A stretch of DNA of 64,000 nucleotides, taken from the NCBI GenBank assembly GCA_026026165.1, contig JAPEUD010000009.1, forward strand, positions 62,001-126,000. The letters run 5' to 3'. Made by a program: the position numbers and the translations under genes. Source of the stretch: Sarea resinae. Its lineage: Eukaryota. Position 1 is the first letter of the stretch, and every line of letters begins with the position of its first letter. The notes under the pieces are model-generated. The model was not told where the DNA came from and made no database searches. It saw nothing but the letters and a program-made list of their open reading frames with translations. Of this stretch, positions 63,314 through 64,000 are shown in pieces.

Positions 63314-64000
63314 CTTGACGGATACCCGCCTGCTTACAGTCTGTACGAAGCACGTCGGGTTGGATGAGACGGCGGTGTGGGGAATCGGGGAAAATTAATT
63401 CCCTGCTGCAGGAGCGGTACTGGGATGAAATCAATGGTCTGGACATCGTGGAAGAAAAATGAAGGCGGTGGAGGCCCCGGCAGGAAGACAAGAGACTAGG
63501 CCGAGGTGGTCCGCGGAGGACTGACCTGACAAAAGTACGGATTGATATTGACTGTTTTGTACGCTTAGTATATGTTGGATTTCCCGGTGGGGTCTGAGGT
63601 CTGAGAAGGCTACGAATAAGAAAATAGAGATAACAGTGGCAATATCATCATCTACCACTGTTATTGTCGTCGTTGCTGTCGTTTTCCCCTAAAGGTAGCT
63701 CGAATACTGCGTGAATACTCCATAGTACACGAATCCAATTCGATGATTTTTCACACATAGCGAGATCCAATTTGATCGATGATCGACCGTAGTGGTACGG
63801 AGTAGTACGGAGTACAGGAGACTCCGCTCCACTGGTCTATCGTACGGCTGGCTACAGTAGTAGTACCTCAGGTACAGATCATCATCCTCTCGGTATCCGC
63901 CATCCGTTTCAAGCCTAAGGTAGATACTACTCCACTCTCCACGCAATCCAACTCCCTCGCTCGTGAGAACTTTTCCAGTAGAACCGCCATTGCAAAAATT

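Overview
Gene-dense, intron-containing eukaryotic DNA from a filamentous ascomycete (Pezizomycotina-type genes, short GT-AG introns with CTRAC branch points). I can support 17 protein-coding genes. In order: a DUF4203-like membrane protein, a DHA2-type MFS transporter, an uncharacterised membrane protein, the STE3 pheromone receptor, mitochondrial SSB RIM1, an intronless orphan ORF, a BAR-domain protein, the STH1/SNF2 chromatin-remodelling ATPase, HEM1, FUN14, an importin-beta family protein, Xaa-Pro aminopeptidase P, SEC8, SUN-domain SLP1, a pogo/CENP-B-like protein, a Goodbye-NACHT-TPR-ZZ NLR, and UTR4 (absent from the ORF track, rebuilt from four exons). Most notable are (1) an intact pogo/CENP-B-type ORF with two of three catalytic Asp residues replaced and no visible TIRs, so probably domesticated, directly upstream of the NLR; (2) a GC-AG intron just before the NLR sensor region; (3) a dense cluster of CTATTGA-like motifs upstream of STE3; and (4) microsatellite-rich convergent intergenic regions flanked by GC-rich terminal exons. 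No rRNA, tRNA or CRISPR was recognised. All family calls come from motif recognition by eye, not database searches.
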